DNA from: a virus
Virus record (IMG/VR): IMGVR_UViG_3300027659_000020
Span: 25,557 to 89,556 of that record
DNA length: 64,000 bases
Strand: one strand, 5' to 3'
Below, in pieces: positions 8,772-17,421 of the stretch (positions are counted from its first letter, which is position 1; every line of letters begins with the position of its first letter). The notes under the pieces are model-generated. The model had not been told where the DNA came from and searched no databases. It saw only the letters and a program-made list of their open reading frames with translations. The translations under genes were made by a program, and so were the position numbers.

Positions 8772-8774
8772 TCC

Positions 8775-9938
8775 GTGAATATTAAAGCCGCTATTGCTAT
8801 TAGCTTAGCGGCTTTTTCGTCTGCGTATGGGTCGATTGGAAAGATGCTAGAGGTAACTGGGCCTACTCAGATTGTTCGTGGGAAAGATAAGATTGAGGGC
8901 AAAGTCAATGTAGAAGTTGAGATGAACGATTCAGTGGAAACGCTTAAGTCTCGTGTCTCGATTACATTCGAGGATAATACCCGGATGCAGGTTACAGAAT
9001 TCTCAAAGCTAAAAATTGATGAATTTGTATATGACTCAAAGACTGGTAAAGGTAGTCTGGGTATAAAAGCTGCATTTGGCACTGTGCGGTATGCTTCTGG
9101 AGCAATCGCCAAGAACAGCCGTGAAAACGTCAAGGTGCAGACACCTACCGCAAAAGTATCGGTGCGTGGCACTGACTTTTCAATGACAGTATCTGAAGAT
9201 GGCAAGAGTCTGATTGTACTTCTACCATCAATTCCTAACGCCGCTGGCGAAAAAGCAATAGTAGGAGAGATTGAGGTCTCGAATATGAGCGGCACTGTGC
9301 TAATGACTAAAGCATATCAGGCAACATTCGTATCCTCGGCAAATACCGCTCCCACTCCTCCCATCATTCTAGACTTTCAGGATGAGTCTAAGATCAACAA
9401 TATGCTAATGGTCGAGACACCTAAGCAAGTCACGCAGGCAGTGAAAGAACAGAAGAAAGACAAACAATCACAATCCACAAGCGACAATGAAGATAATAAG
9501 CCAAAAAAATCTGCTGCGAAAGCAGATGCTAAGGTTGCAGTTTCTCAGATTGATACGCCAGCAAATAATGAACCAGTGGCTAAAGCAGAAGATATACCTG
9601 CCGTCGAGACTAAGTTAGATCTAAGCTCTATACAGCCACAGGTGATGCAAGCGGTTGCTGAGGCAATTTCAAAGACTATTGCTCCAGCAGCTCCAGCAGT
9701 TTCAGTTATAGCAGTGGAGCCACCTACTAATATGATAGTGTCTGCAACAGTAAATACTGGCTGGTCAACTGATGGAGTTAACGCCACGCTGTATATCGAT
9801 AGTAGCGGAAATATCATTCGGTATAGCACTAAAGCAAATATCAGCGCTACAGTTGAAGTCACTAACGGTGAGGGAGCCAAGACATATCCTCTCAACTTCG
9901 GTGATAAATTAAATGTGAAGATCATACAAAAGAAATAA
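8775..9938 (+). CDS. exported FecR-domain protein
   Basis: GTG start and signal peptide; ITFEDNTRMQVTEFSKLKID, GTVRYASG, VQTPTAKVSVRGTDF; low-complexity linker and C-terminal beta domain. Confidence 0.85.
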   Translation: MNIKAAIAISLAAFSSAYGSIGKMLEVTGPTQIVRGKDKIEGKVNVEVEMNDSVETLKSRVSITFEDNTRMQVTEFSKLKIDEFVYDSKTGKGSLGIKAAFGTVRYASGAIAKNSRENVKVQTPTAKVSVRGTDFSMTVSEDGKSLIVLLPSIPNAAGEKAIVGEIEVSNMSGTVLMTKAYQATFVSSANTAPTPPIILDFQDESKINNMLMVETPKQVTQAVKEQKKDKQSQSTSDNEDNKPKKSAAKADAKVAVSQIDTPANNEPVAKAEDIPAVETKLDLSSIQPQVMQAVAEAISKTIAPAAPAVSVIAVEPPTNMIVSATVNTGWSTDGVNATLYIDSSGNIIRYSTKANISATVEVTNGEGAKTYPLNFGDKLNVKIIQKK

Positions 9939-9940
9939 TT

Positions 9941-11983
9941 ATGAAGAAACATATGCTCAAGACTCTTGCTGTGGGATTTGGCGTGCTTGCAGCCGCGGCC
10001 ATTCTGCGAATCTTGGATCCATACCCAATTGAAGTACTTCGTCTAAAAGGTCTAGATTACTACCAACGAGCGCAAGAAAAGAAGCTATCCGAGAATATCG
10101 CGGTTATTGAGATCGACGAGAATGCTCTAGAAGCAAATGGGCAATGGCCCTGGAAACGCGATGTACTTGCTGCCGGTATACAACGCGCCGCAGACGCAGG
10201 AGCAACAGCAGTAGTTCTGCCCGTCATCTTTGCAGAGCCTGACCGGCTTGGCGGAGATGTTCAGTTCGTAGAGCAGCTTAATAAAACAGCAGTAATCATT
10301 TCTCAGTCTGCATCCCAAAAGGGCAAAGGATATCCAGTGCCTCGGGGCCTAGCTACTATCGGTGGAGCAGCAGAGGATTGGCTGTTCGACTATCCTGCTG
10401 CAATTGGGCCGATTGATGAAATTGGCAAAGCCGCAGCAGGTGTCGGTATGCTGCTAACAGCACCTGAACTTGATGGCGTGGTACGTCGCCTTCCGCTAAT
10501 CATACAAGTCAAAGGTGAGAAGTATCCTACTTTACCACTCGAGGTGCTGCGCGTCTTTGGCGGTGAGGCGAGTAATCAGGCAAAAGTCACAGAAGCTGGT
10601 ATTGCGGCAGTGCGCGTGGCAGGTATTGCGCCAATTAAGACTGATGCTAATGCCAGAGTCTGGCTTAACTTTAAGTATACCTTTTCTTCAGTATCTTACA
10701 CTGATAAAGACTGGAGCAGTCTAAAGGGTCGTATTGCTATTATTGCACCGACGGCAGAAGGTCTGGCAAATACTGTAGCATCACCTCTGGGTACTACATA
10801 CGGTTATGAGGTCAATCTTCATGCATTGCAGATGCTGATTGATGAGGCGCGTTTGGAACGGCCAGCGGAATTTGATCTTTATGAGCTTGCTGCAGGTGTG
10901 CTGATTTGCGCAATAGCAGTAGTGACTATCTGCTATCTGAGTTATAAACTTGCCGGGCTGATCTTTGTGCTACTTGCTGCAATTCCCATCGGTATAGGAT
11001 TCTACCTATTTCACCTCGGATTGCTAGCCGACTATACATGGCTGATAATCGCGTTGACAGCAAGCTGGGGATCTGCGCTGTTCATGCGATTCGTGATGGA
11101 ATTTAAGTTAAAGCAGCAGATTAAAAAGCAGTTTGAGACATACCTATCGCCAGATCAGGTTGCGCAGTTACAGAAGAATCCAGATGCACTCAAACTCGGA
11201 GGTGAGGAACGCGAGCTTTCCATCATGTTCACCGATGTCCGTGGGTTTACCGCAATCTCTGAGCACTACGGAAAGAACGTCCAGGGACTGACTCAGATCA
11301 TGAATCGCTACATGACAGCAATGACTAGGTCAATCATTGAGAAGAAAGGTACTCTCGACAAGTACATCGGCGATGCTCAGATGGCATTCTGGAATGCTCC
11401 TCTCGATGACAATTCTCATGCCATTCATGCGGTTGAAACTGGTCTGGAGATGATGAGAAGTCTGAAGGCTTTTAATGCAGAGATCACTCAGGAAGGTGTC
11501 CCGGCTTTTGGTATGGGTCTGGGTATCAACACCGGAACTGTGGTGGTAGGCAATATGGGATCTGAGCAGCGATTTGACTACACCTGCCTGGGCGATCATG
11601 TCAATCTTGCATCACGCCTAGAAGGACAGTCAAAACCGTACGGTGTGAAGATCGTTCTGGGACCACTTACTCGTGAGCGCGTGAAGGATGTCTATCCTAC
11701 GCTAGAGCTTGATTGCATCGCAGTAAAAGGTAAGAAAGAAGGCGTGCGAATCTACACCGTCTTTGACAAAGGCACTCATATCTATCCGGTGAGCCATGAT
11801 AGCTTTCTGGATCTATATCGTACTCGCGAATGGAATGAAGCAATCAGGCTGGCAAAGCACCTTGCTGCTAGTATGGACTTCATGGCTGGATACTACGAGA
11901 TGATGGTCGAGCGGATTGAGTATCTGCGCGATAATGATCCCGGAACAAGTTGGGATACTATTTTTAGAGCCACCTCGAAATAA
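9941..11983 (+). CDS. CHASE2-domain class III adenylate cyclase
   Basis: N-terminal TM, CHASE2 (GQWPWKR, IFAEPDR, ELDGVVRRLPL), three TMs, cyclase domain (MFTDVRGFT, DKYIGDAQM, DYTCLGDHVNLASRLEG). Confidence 0.93.
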   Translation: MKKHMLKTLAVGFGVLAAAAILRILDPYPIEVLRLKGLDYYQRAQEKKLSENIAVIEIDENALEANGQWPWKRDVLAAGIQRAADAGATAVVLPVIFAEPDRLGGDVQFVEQLNKTAVIISQSASQKGKGYPVPRGLATIGGAAEDWLFDYPAAIGPIDEIGKAAAGVGMLLTAPELDGVVRRLPLIIQVKGEKYPTLPLEVLRVFGGEASNQAKVTEAGIAAVRVAGIAPIKTDANARVWLNFKYTFSSVSYTDKDWSSLKGRIAIIAPTAEGLANTVASPLGTTYGYEVNLHALQMLIDEARLERPAEFDLYELAAGVLICAIAVVTICYLSYKLAGLIFVLLAAIPIGIGFYLFHLGLLADYTWLIIALTASWGSALFMRFVMEFKLKQQIKKQFETYLSPDQVAQLQKNPDALKLGGEERELSIMFTDVRGFTAISEHYGKNVQGLTQIMNRYMTAMTRSIIEKKGTLDKYIGDAQMAFWNAPLDDNSHAIHAVETGLEMMRSLKAFNAEITQEGVPAFGMGLGINTGTVVVGNMGSEQRFDYTCLGDHVNLASRLEGQSKPYGVKIVLGPLTRERVKDVYPTLELDCIAVKGKKEGVRIYTVFDKGTHIYPVSHDSFLDLYRTREWNEAIRLAKHLAASMDFMAGYYEMMVERIEYLRDNDPGTSWDTIFRATSK

Positions 11984-12182
11984 GTATTGTGACATAAGCA
12001 GAACGGCTTACTGGTTTAAGCGCGTATTTCATTAGAAAACAATGTCAGTTTTTGCTAAAAGCACAGTATTTTAAGTCGTTGCTAGTGTGCAACTTAGGAA
12101 AATAGCAGCACAAATGCTTATTTTGTTATTTACATTGGTTGGTAGCCGCAATTGAATATGCGAGTCAGGTGGACAACGCAAA

Positions 12183-12471
12183 ACCAACTTAAACAAAAAA
12201 CAAAATGAAAATACATCTATCTACTACTCATAGCGACGGCAGCATTATTTCGTATTCAGCCAAGGTTGTTAGAGCTTCGGGGGAATACGCCCAACCCAAC
12301 CTAACATGGGTTGAGATTCCAGCTAGAGTTAGAGCTCTCCGTTTCCCACCTTACGGCGGGCGACGGTATGTCGCTTTCAAAACATCGACGATCGCGACGC
12401 GACGCGACGCGGCGCTCGCCTGATAGCGCAAATAACCCAACGACCAACTTAAACAAAAAACAAAATGAAAA
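12183..12471 (+). repeat. 29-bp exact direct repeat (12183-12211 and 12443-12471) spanning leader and start codon
   Basis: ACCAACTTAAACAAAAAACAAAATGAAAA occurs twice, 260 bp apart. Confidence 0.95.
12205..12423 (+). CDS. hypothetical early protein
   Basis: Starts within repeat copy 1. Confidence 0.6.
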   Translation: MKIHLSTTHSDGSIISYSAKVVRASGEYAQPNLTWVEIPARVRALRFPPYGGRRYVAFKTSTIATRRDAALA

Positions 12472-12734
12472 CCCTAACTCCAGCCTCCCTCAACTTGCTG
12501 CTCAATCTCATCGCCGACTCCGGCAATTGGTCAAACATGCCAATGCTTGACCTCTCGCCCAGCGAGAAGGGGAATTACACTGACCTAAAGAAACACGGCC
12601 TAGTTAAATCTCACCGTGACGAGGGAATTGACTGGTGTAACTTCAAGTTTACTACCGGGACCATCGTCACTGATGGAACGCGCACCTTTATCCTTGAGGA
12701 TCACGGTGATTTTTCAGAGTCAAGGGTTGCGTGA
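12465..12734 (+). CDS. hypothetical early protein
   Basis: Starts within repeat copy 2. Confidence 0.7.
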   Translation: MKTLTPASLNLLLNLIADSGNWSNMPMLDLSPSEKGNYTDLKKHGLVKSHRDEGIDWCNFKFTTGTIVTDGTRTFILEDHGDFSESRVA

Positions 12735-12759
12735 ATCATCATTCTCTATCTCAATCAAC

Positions 12760-12954
12760 ATGAAAGCTAATCAACTCACTTCCATCAAAATGAATAATAC
12801 CCAAGTGCTCGCTCCTGCAAATGACGGTAAAATCGGCGAGCCGCTCGGCGTTTGGCTTCGCCGACTGAATGATAAGGTTATGAGTACCCCGTCCGACCTT
12901 GAGGAGATGCTGGCAGTTAAATCTTCAGGCGCGACAGGAATTCTTTGGAAATAA
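12760..12954 (+). CDS. hypothetical protein
   Basis: MKANQLTSIK... 64-aa ORF; start uncertain. Confidence 0.45.
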   Translation: MKANQLTSIKMNNTQVLAPANDGKIGEPLGVWLRRLNDKVMSTPSDLEEMLAVKSSGATGILWK

Positions 12955-12965
12955 TAAAACGCAAC

Positions 12966-13436
12966 ATGAAAACACGCACGCGCATGATCCTCAACCGTAC
13001 CAAGACTTTACTGCTCCTTGGATCAATGCTCGCCGTGGGTTCCTTTGCTCGCGCTCAGGATACTGACAGAATGATCGTTGCTCTGGCGAAAGTCGAGTCA
13101 AATGGCAATGCTGCCGCGGTTGGAGATAACGGTAAGGCCTTCGGTATCCTCCAGATTCATCTCTCGATGGTACTCGACGCTAACCGCATCGCTAGCACAC
13201 ACTTCACACACCGTGAGATGCTTGATCCAGTAAAAGCTCGTTCTGTAGCGAAGATTGTGCTAACCTATTACTCTAAACACATTAGTAAAACCACTGGCCG
13301 CAATGCAACCAACAAGGAGCTCGCGTTCATCTGGAACGGCGGTGCGGGCGCATGGAAGCGAGCTAGCGTCCCTATCGATGATGCGAAACAGCGCAACCTC
13401 GAGGTATACTGGAACAAGGTCGCTAAAGCCCTCTAA
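12966..13436 (+). CDS. lysozyme-superfamily / lytic transglycosylase-like enzyme with signal peptide
   Basis: Hydrophobic segment ending ARA; ALAKVESNG (catalytic Glu), GDNGKAFGILQI, FIWNGG. Start uncertain. Confidence 0.75.
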   Translation: MKTRTRMILNRTKTLLLLGSMLAVGSFARAQDTDRMIVALAKVESNGNAAAVGDNGKAFGILQIHLSMVLDANRIASTHFTHREMLDPVKARSVAKIVLTYYSKHISKTTGRNATNKELAFIWNGGAGAWKRASVPIDDAKQRNLEVYWNKVAKAL

Positions 13437-13443
13437 TTACATT

Positions 13444-13641
13444 ATGAATAAAATAATTGTCGGTGATAAAACCGAGAAAACCACGCCCACCTGCCAACAG
13501 GAGCTAGCATATGCACGAGCCAAGAAGCTTTCCGAGGCAAGTAATGCGCAACTTTCTCTAATCTGCGGAGAACTTACTGCCAAAGAATTCAGGACTATCC
13601 GAGCTATTCTAAGCTATATCCTTTTAACTCAATCCGCTTAA
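13444..13641 (+). CDS. hypothetical protein
   Basis: MNKIIVGDK... 65-aa ORF. Confidence 0.55.
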   Translation: MNKIIVGDKTEKTTPTCQQELAYARAKKLSEASNAQLSLICGELTAKEFRTIRAILSYILLTQSA

Positions 13642-13918
13642 ATGAAAAAACCAACACCCAGCCTTCGTCTGCCCCTCTGCCACAGTGCCGCGAAAAATAT
13701 CTTAGTCGAAGAAGTCAGCCGGCGCTGAATACCCACGGGCGCAAAACCTCTAAATAATAAATACGTTTGTTCTTTCAGATGAGCCTACTTCTAGTAAGTA
13801 GATCTAGATTATACACCCCGGCCCTCGTTTCATCCATATGCTGAACACTATTGGCCTAACTAAAATAAAGCATACTTCAACTCAAATTGAAGTAGGTTCA
13901 TTTGAAAGAATTTTTTGA

Positions 13919-13946
13919 TTTACATTCCGCCAATTTAAGGTAGAAT
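13919..13946 (+). promoter_or_regulatory. T4-early-like promoter
   Basis: TTTACA-16bp-TAGAAT before ATG 13958. Confidence 0.65.
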
Positions 13947-13957
13947 GATTCTACATT

Positions 13958-14242
13958 ATGACTAAGACCAAATATGATCGCGAGCAATTGCTCGAACTCC
14001 TGCGTGCCAAAGATCCGGTAGTGGTGACATTCACCAAGATCGACGGAACTGTTCGTGACCTATACTGCACGCTTAACTTACAACTGATTCCTAAGGATAA
14101 AGTTCCGAAGAACACTAAGAAGATCAAGGAGAATCTTACAGTGATTCGTGCCTTTGATCTTGGCGAGGCAGATGAATGGCGCTCATTCCGCGTGGATTCT
14201 GTCACTGCACACAGCGTCATTCCTCTCATCGAGGCTAGCTAA
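13958..14242 (+). CDS. WYL-like/SH3 beta-barrel phage protein (DUF2693-like)
   Basis: VTFTKIDGTVRDLYCTL...AFDLGEADEWRSFRVDSV. Confidence 0.75.
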   Translation: MTKTKYDREQLLELLRAKDPVVVTFTKIDGTVRDLYCTLNLQLIPKDKVPKNTKKIKENLTVIRAFDLGEADEWRSFRVDSVTAHSVIPLIEAS

Positions 14243-14252
14243 TACTATCAAT

Positions 14253-15446
14253 ATGGCGCGCAACGCAAAAGTTCCGAATACTAGCTACAAGATCCGTGCA
14301 ACTGATAGCCGCTACACTGGTGATGAGCCAGTGTGGGATGGATGGTCAAGCTGGGATCTCGAGAAGTTCAAGAACGAGCGCTCTCGCGCCTTTAACTTCT
14401 ATAACTACTATCTGGATGCAGTACAGACCAAAAGTGCTGTCTCCGAGTGGATGGAGCACAATGGTTACTCTGCTGACGCTGTTGCTGCTGTAAAGGCTGC
14501 TCCAGGTTACTTGCCGGGTATTACTGCTGGCACGCTCTGCATCTGTATGAATCGCGGCATGCCAGCCGTTCATCCGGATCTGAGTGCCACGCAGATGCCT
14601 GATAACTTATTTGTACGCGATGCTCTGGCCGCTGCAATTGCTGCTGGCCAGAATGCTGAGAAGCAACAGAGCATTCCACAGGCTGAATCTGCACCTGCAG
14701 TATCACCCATGGTTTTGCTGCAGGCCAAGGCACAGCGTACTGTCATCCTCGATCTAGATGTTCTACTTGATGTCTGGATCAAGACTAAAGGCGAGAAAGT
14801 GCAACGCATTGATCTGTATGAGGCAATGAAGCGGCATGATCTATCTGCACTAGCTTGCCCAATGGCTGAACGCTGGCTGACACGTCTGCTTGGTGAAATG
14901 TTGGCAGCTCGCGATAAAACCGATCCTGACTGCGTGGAAGGTTATCGCCTCCTTACTGGCGCCGAGTTGCGCGATAGAATTGCTGCAATTGAGCAGATGC
15001 TGGCTGATCTAGGCCGTTATTCCCATGCTGCAAAGGCTACACGAGCGCCACGCAAGAAGCGAGTCAAGCCTGCAGATAAGCAGATCACCAAGCTCAAGTA
15101 TCTCAAGGAAGACACTGACTTCAAGATTGCATCGATCAATCCAACGCGAGTGGTGGGCGCATATCGTCTGCTTGCATTTAATACAAAGAGGCGCATACTA
15201 CTTGACTATGTTGCTCAATCCGCTGAAGGTTTCTCGATCAAGGGTAGTTCCCTGAAGAATGTCGATGAAACGAACAGCCGATGCACTCGTCTCCGTAAAC
15301 CCAATGAGTTTCTAGAGATCGCATTAAATAATACCGCTAAGCAGATTGAAAAGGCATGGGAAAAGCTGACGACCAAGGAAAGCAAACCTAAGGTACGAAT
15401 CAATGAGGACGTGGTATTGCTGCGCGTCTTTGATAAGAAAGACTAA
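14253..15446 (+). CDS. conserved T4-like hypothetical protein
   Basis: AFNFYNYY, ITKLKYLKED, SINPTRVVGA, FNTKRR, RINEDVVLLRV; sits upstream of gp33. Confidence 0.8.
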   Translation: MARNAKVPNTSYKIRATDSRYTGDEPVWDGWSSWDLEKFKNERSRAFNFYNYYLDAVQTKSAVSEWMEHNGYSADAVAAVKAAPGYLPGITAGTLCICMNRGMPAVHPDLSATQMPDNLFVRDALAAAIAAGQNAEKQQSIPQAESAPAVSPMVLLQAKAQRTVILDLDVLLDVWIKTKGEKVQRIDLYEAMKRHDLSALACPMAERWLTRLLGEMLAARDKTDPDCVEGYRLLTGAELRDRIAAIEQMLADLGRYSHAAKATRAPRKKRVKPADKQITKLKYLKEDTDFKIASINPTRVVGAYRLLAFNTKRRILLDYVAQSAEGFSIKGSSLKNVDETNSRCTRLRKPNEFLEIALNNTAKQIEKAWEKLTTKESKPKVRINEDVVLLRVFDKKD

Positions 15447-15473
15447 ATACATCGATCACCGACTATTTTATTA

Positions 15474-15502
15474 TTTACAAGTTCCGCACTATGATGTATT
15501 AT
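15474..15502 (+). promoter_or_regulatory. sigma70-like promoter
   Basis: TTTACA-17bp-TATTAT before gp33. Confidence 0.6.
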
Positions 15503-15522
15503 CTATATTCTTGAAACTACTA

Positions 15523-15750
15523 ATGTTAGACAATATTTTAACTAAAACCACATTAACTCAACGAGTAGAAGAACTTGTTTCTCTTGAGAAGATGTCCTAT
15601 ATCGAAGCTATGCTTTATGTCTGCAATGAGCATGGAATAGATCCTGCTGACATCAGTAAGCTAATTGTTCCTTCGATCAAATCTAAAATTGAAGCTGAAG
15701 CAATGGCTGTCAATCTTCTTCCTAAGTCAAACTCTCTGAAATTTTCCTGA
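15523..15750 (+). CDS. gp33: late transcription co-activator gp33
   Basis: MSYIEAMLYVCNEHGID...IKSKIEAEAMAVNLLPK; 33-59-32 synteny. Confidence 0.88.
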   Translation: MLDNILTKTTLTQRVEELVSLEKMSYIEAMLYVCNEHGIDPADISKLIVPSIKSKIEAEAMAVNLLPKSNSLKFS

Positions 15751-15759
15751 TAAGCGGGT

Positions 15760-16386
15760 ATGATCGTGAAACCTTTTGAGGCATATCAAATATATACAGC
15801 GGTAAAGCTGCATTTTGAGTCCGAATCATATGATGCTCTAAAGTACAACTTCAGGACTAATGCTACGCAGAAGTCGTTTCTTAACAGACGGGATCGCTTT
15901 CACTTTGCTAAGCTTGCGAAGAAGTATCCCGAACAAAAAACCTTGGTCAACTTTCTAGTTGCTAATTTCGTCAAACACGGAAAAGGCAAATGGGCTGGTG
16001 ACCTTCTTGACGGCACAGCGGAGGAAGTATACCGAGACTGGCTTAAAAGGCGAGACTCGTTCTCATATTACTTCACTGAGCAAGTCAATGTCATTGCGGC
16101 ATTCAGTGAGAAAAACAATTACTCATTTGAGCAGTTATTTGCTCGAATTGGTAATCGCACTTATCCCACAATCGTCTTCCTGGCGGAGAGTGGATCGATC
16201 TCAATCGACACACTCACCGTCTTTGACGAGCTACTCAACTTTATGAAGCATCAGAACGTAACAGAGACGATCTTCTGGCCGGAGTTTGAGAAGTCAATTC
16301 GCAAGTATAGGCCTTTCCTGCGTCAAAACGTGGACCTCAAAAAGTGTAAACAAATTGCACTAAAAAGGTTTGCAAACGCCGGATGA
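15760..16386 (+). CDS. gp59: helicase loader gp59
   Basis: YTAVKLHF...YDALKY...FLNRRDRFHFAKLAKKY; synteny. Confidence 0.9.
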   Translation: MIVKPFEAYQIYTAVKLHFESESYDALKYNFRTNATQKSFLNRRDRFHFAKLAKKYPEQKTLVNFLVANFVKHGKGKWAGDLLDGTAEEVYRDWLKRRDSFSYYFTEQVNVIAAFSEKNNYSFEQLFARIGNRTYPTIVFLAESGSISIDTLTVFDELLNFMKHQNVTETIFWPEFEKSIRKYRPFLRQNVDLKKCKQIALKRFANAG

Positions 16387-16397
16387 TAGCATACAAT
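16370..16397 (+). promoter_or_regulatory. promoter upstream of gp32
   Basis: TTGCAA-16bp-TACAAT. Confidence 0.55.
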
Positions 16398-16425
16398 ACG
16401 TTAACCATACTAAACACATACTAAA

Positions 16426-17364
16426 ATGTCATTCGCAGATCTAAAAAATAATCGCTCAGCAAATAACATCGCGCACCTGCAATCGCAGGCGGCTAAAGCG
16501 GTCGGAAACGGTGAGAAGTCCTATAAGGACGACACACTCTGGGCTCCAACGGTGGACAAAGCTGGTAACGGCTATGCAGTGATCCGCTTTCTTCCTGCTG
16601 GTAAAGGCGAGGAACTTCCATGGGTTCGTTACTGGAATCATGGATTCAAGGGTTCCACTGGTAAGTGGTACATCGAGAATTCATTAACATCCATCGGTCA
16701 AAAGGATCCAGTTGCCGAGCTTAATTCAAAGCTTTGGAACTCAGGCCTTGATTCCGATAAGGAGCTTGCTCGCGAGCGCAAACGTCGGTTACACTATGTC
16801 GCCAATATCATGGTGATCTCTGATCCTTCAAACCCGAGTAATGATGGAAAGGTGTTCCGCTACAAGTTCGGTAAGAAGATCTTTGATAAGATCCTGGACT
16901 TGATGCAGCCACAATTCCAGGACGAGAAACCAGTTAATCCGTTTGACTTCTGGACGGGTGCTGACCTTAAACTCAAGATTCGTAATGTTGAGGGATACCG
17001 CAACTACGACAAATCTGAGTTCTCGGCTCCCACGCAGTTGTTTGCAGGCGATGAAGCCAAGCTCGAGGCAGTTTACAATCAACTGCATCCTTTGGCTGAG
17101 TTTATTGACCCTAAGAGCTACAAGTCATACGATGAGCTTTCTCGTAAGCTCAGTGATGTGCTGGGTGAATCGGGCCAGGTGCTCAGCACTGCTGAACGCA
17201 CTCAACTCGATGAGACTACACCTGCTCCGCGCAAAGCCGCTGCTGACGCTTCTGCACCTCGCGAGGCTGCTCCTGCTCATAAGGCTGCAGTTCAGGCAGA
17301 CAGTGATGAAGCTGGCGATGAGGATACACTGAGTTACTTCGCTAAGCTTGCGAAGGAAGACTGA
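16426..17364 (+). CDS. gp32: single-stranded DNA-binding protein gp32
   Basis: DKAGNGYAVIRFLP, WYIENSLTSIG, FGKKIFDKI, GYRNYDKSEF, acidic tail LSYFAKLAKED. Confidence 0.97.
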   Translation: MSFADLKNNRSANNIAHLQSQAAKAVGNGEKSYKDDTLWAPTVDKAGNGYAVIRFLPAGKGEELPWVRYWNHGFKGSTGKWYIENSLTSIGQKDPVAELNSKLWNSGLDSDKELARERKRRLHYVANIMVISDPSNPSNDGKVFRYKFGKKIFDKILDLMQPQFQDEKPVNPFDFWTGADLKLKIRNVEGYRNYDKSEFSAPTQLFAGDEAKLEAVYNQLHPLAEFIDPKSYKSYDELSRKLSDVLGESGQVLSTAERTQLDETTPAPRKAAADASAPREAAPAHKAAVQADSDEAGDEDTLSYFAKLAKED

Positions 17365-17393
17365 TCCTAACTAAAAACAGTTAACTCAATACT

Positions 17394-17421
17394 GAGTGGA
17401 TCTTAATTGATCCACTCTTTT
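17394..17421 (+). terminator. intrinsic terminator
   Basis: GAGTGGATC-ttaatt-GATCCACTC-TTTT between convergent genes. Confidence 0.85.

Noticed and set aside
6628-11983. Bacterial contamination or a host csg operon
   Set aside because: Contiguous and translationally coupled with T4-like genes under a phage late promoter; lacks csgD/csgE organisation.
9941-11983. Pycsar/CBASS-type defence cyclase
   Set aside because: Membrane CHASE2 architecture with adenine-specifying residues and no adjacent cNMP-binding effector.
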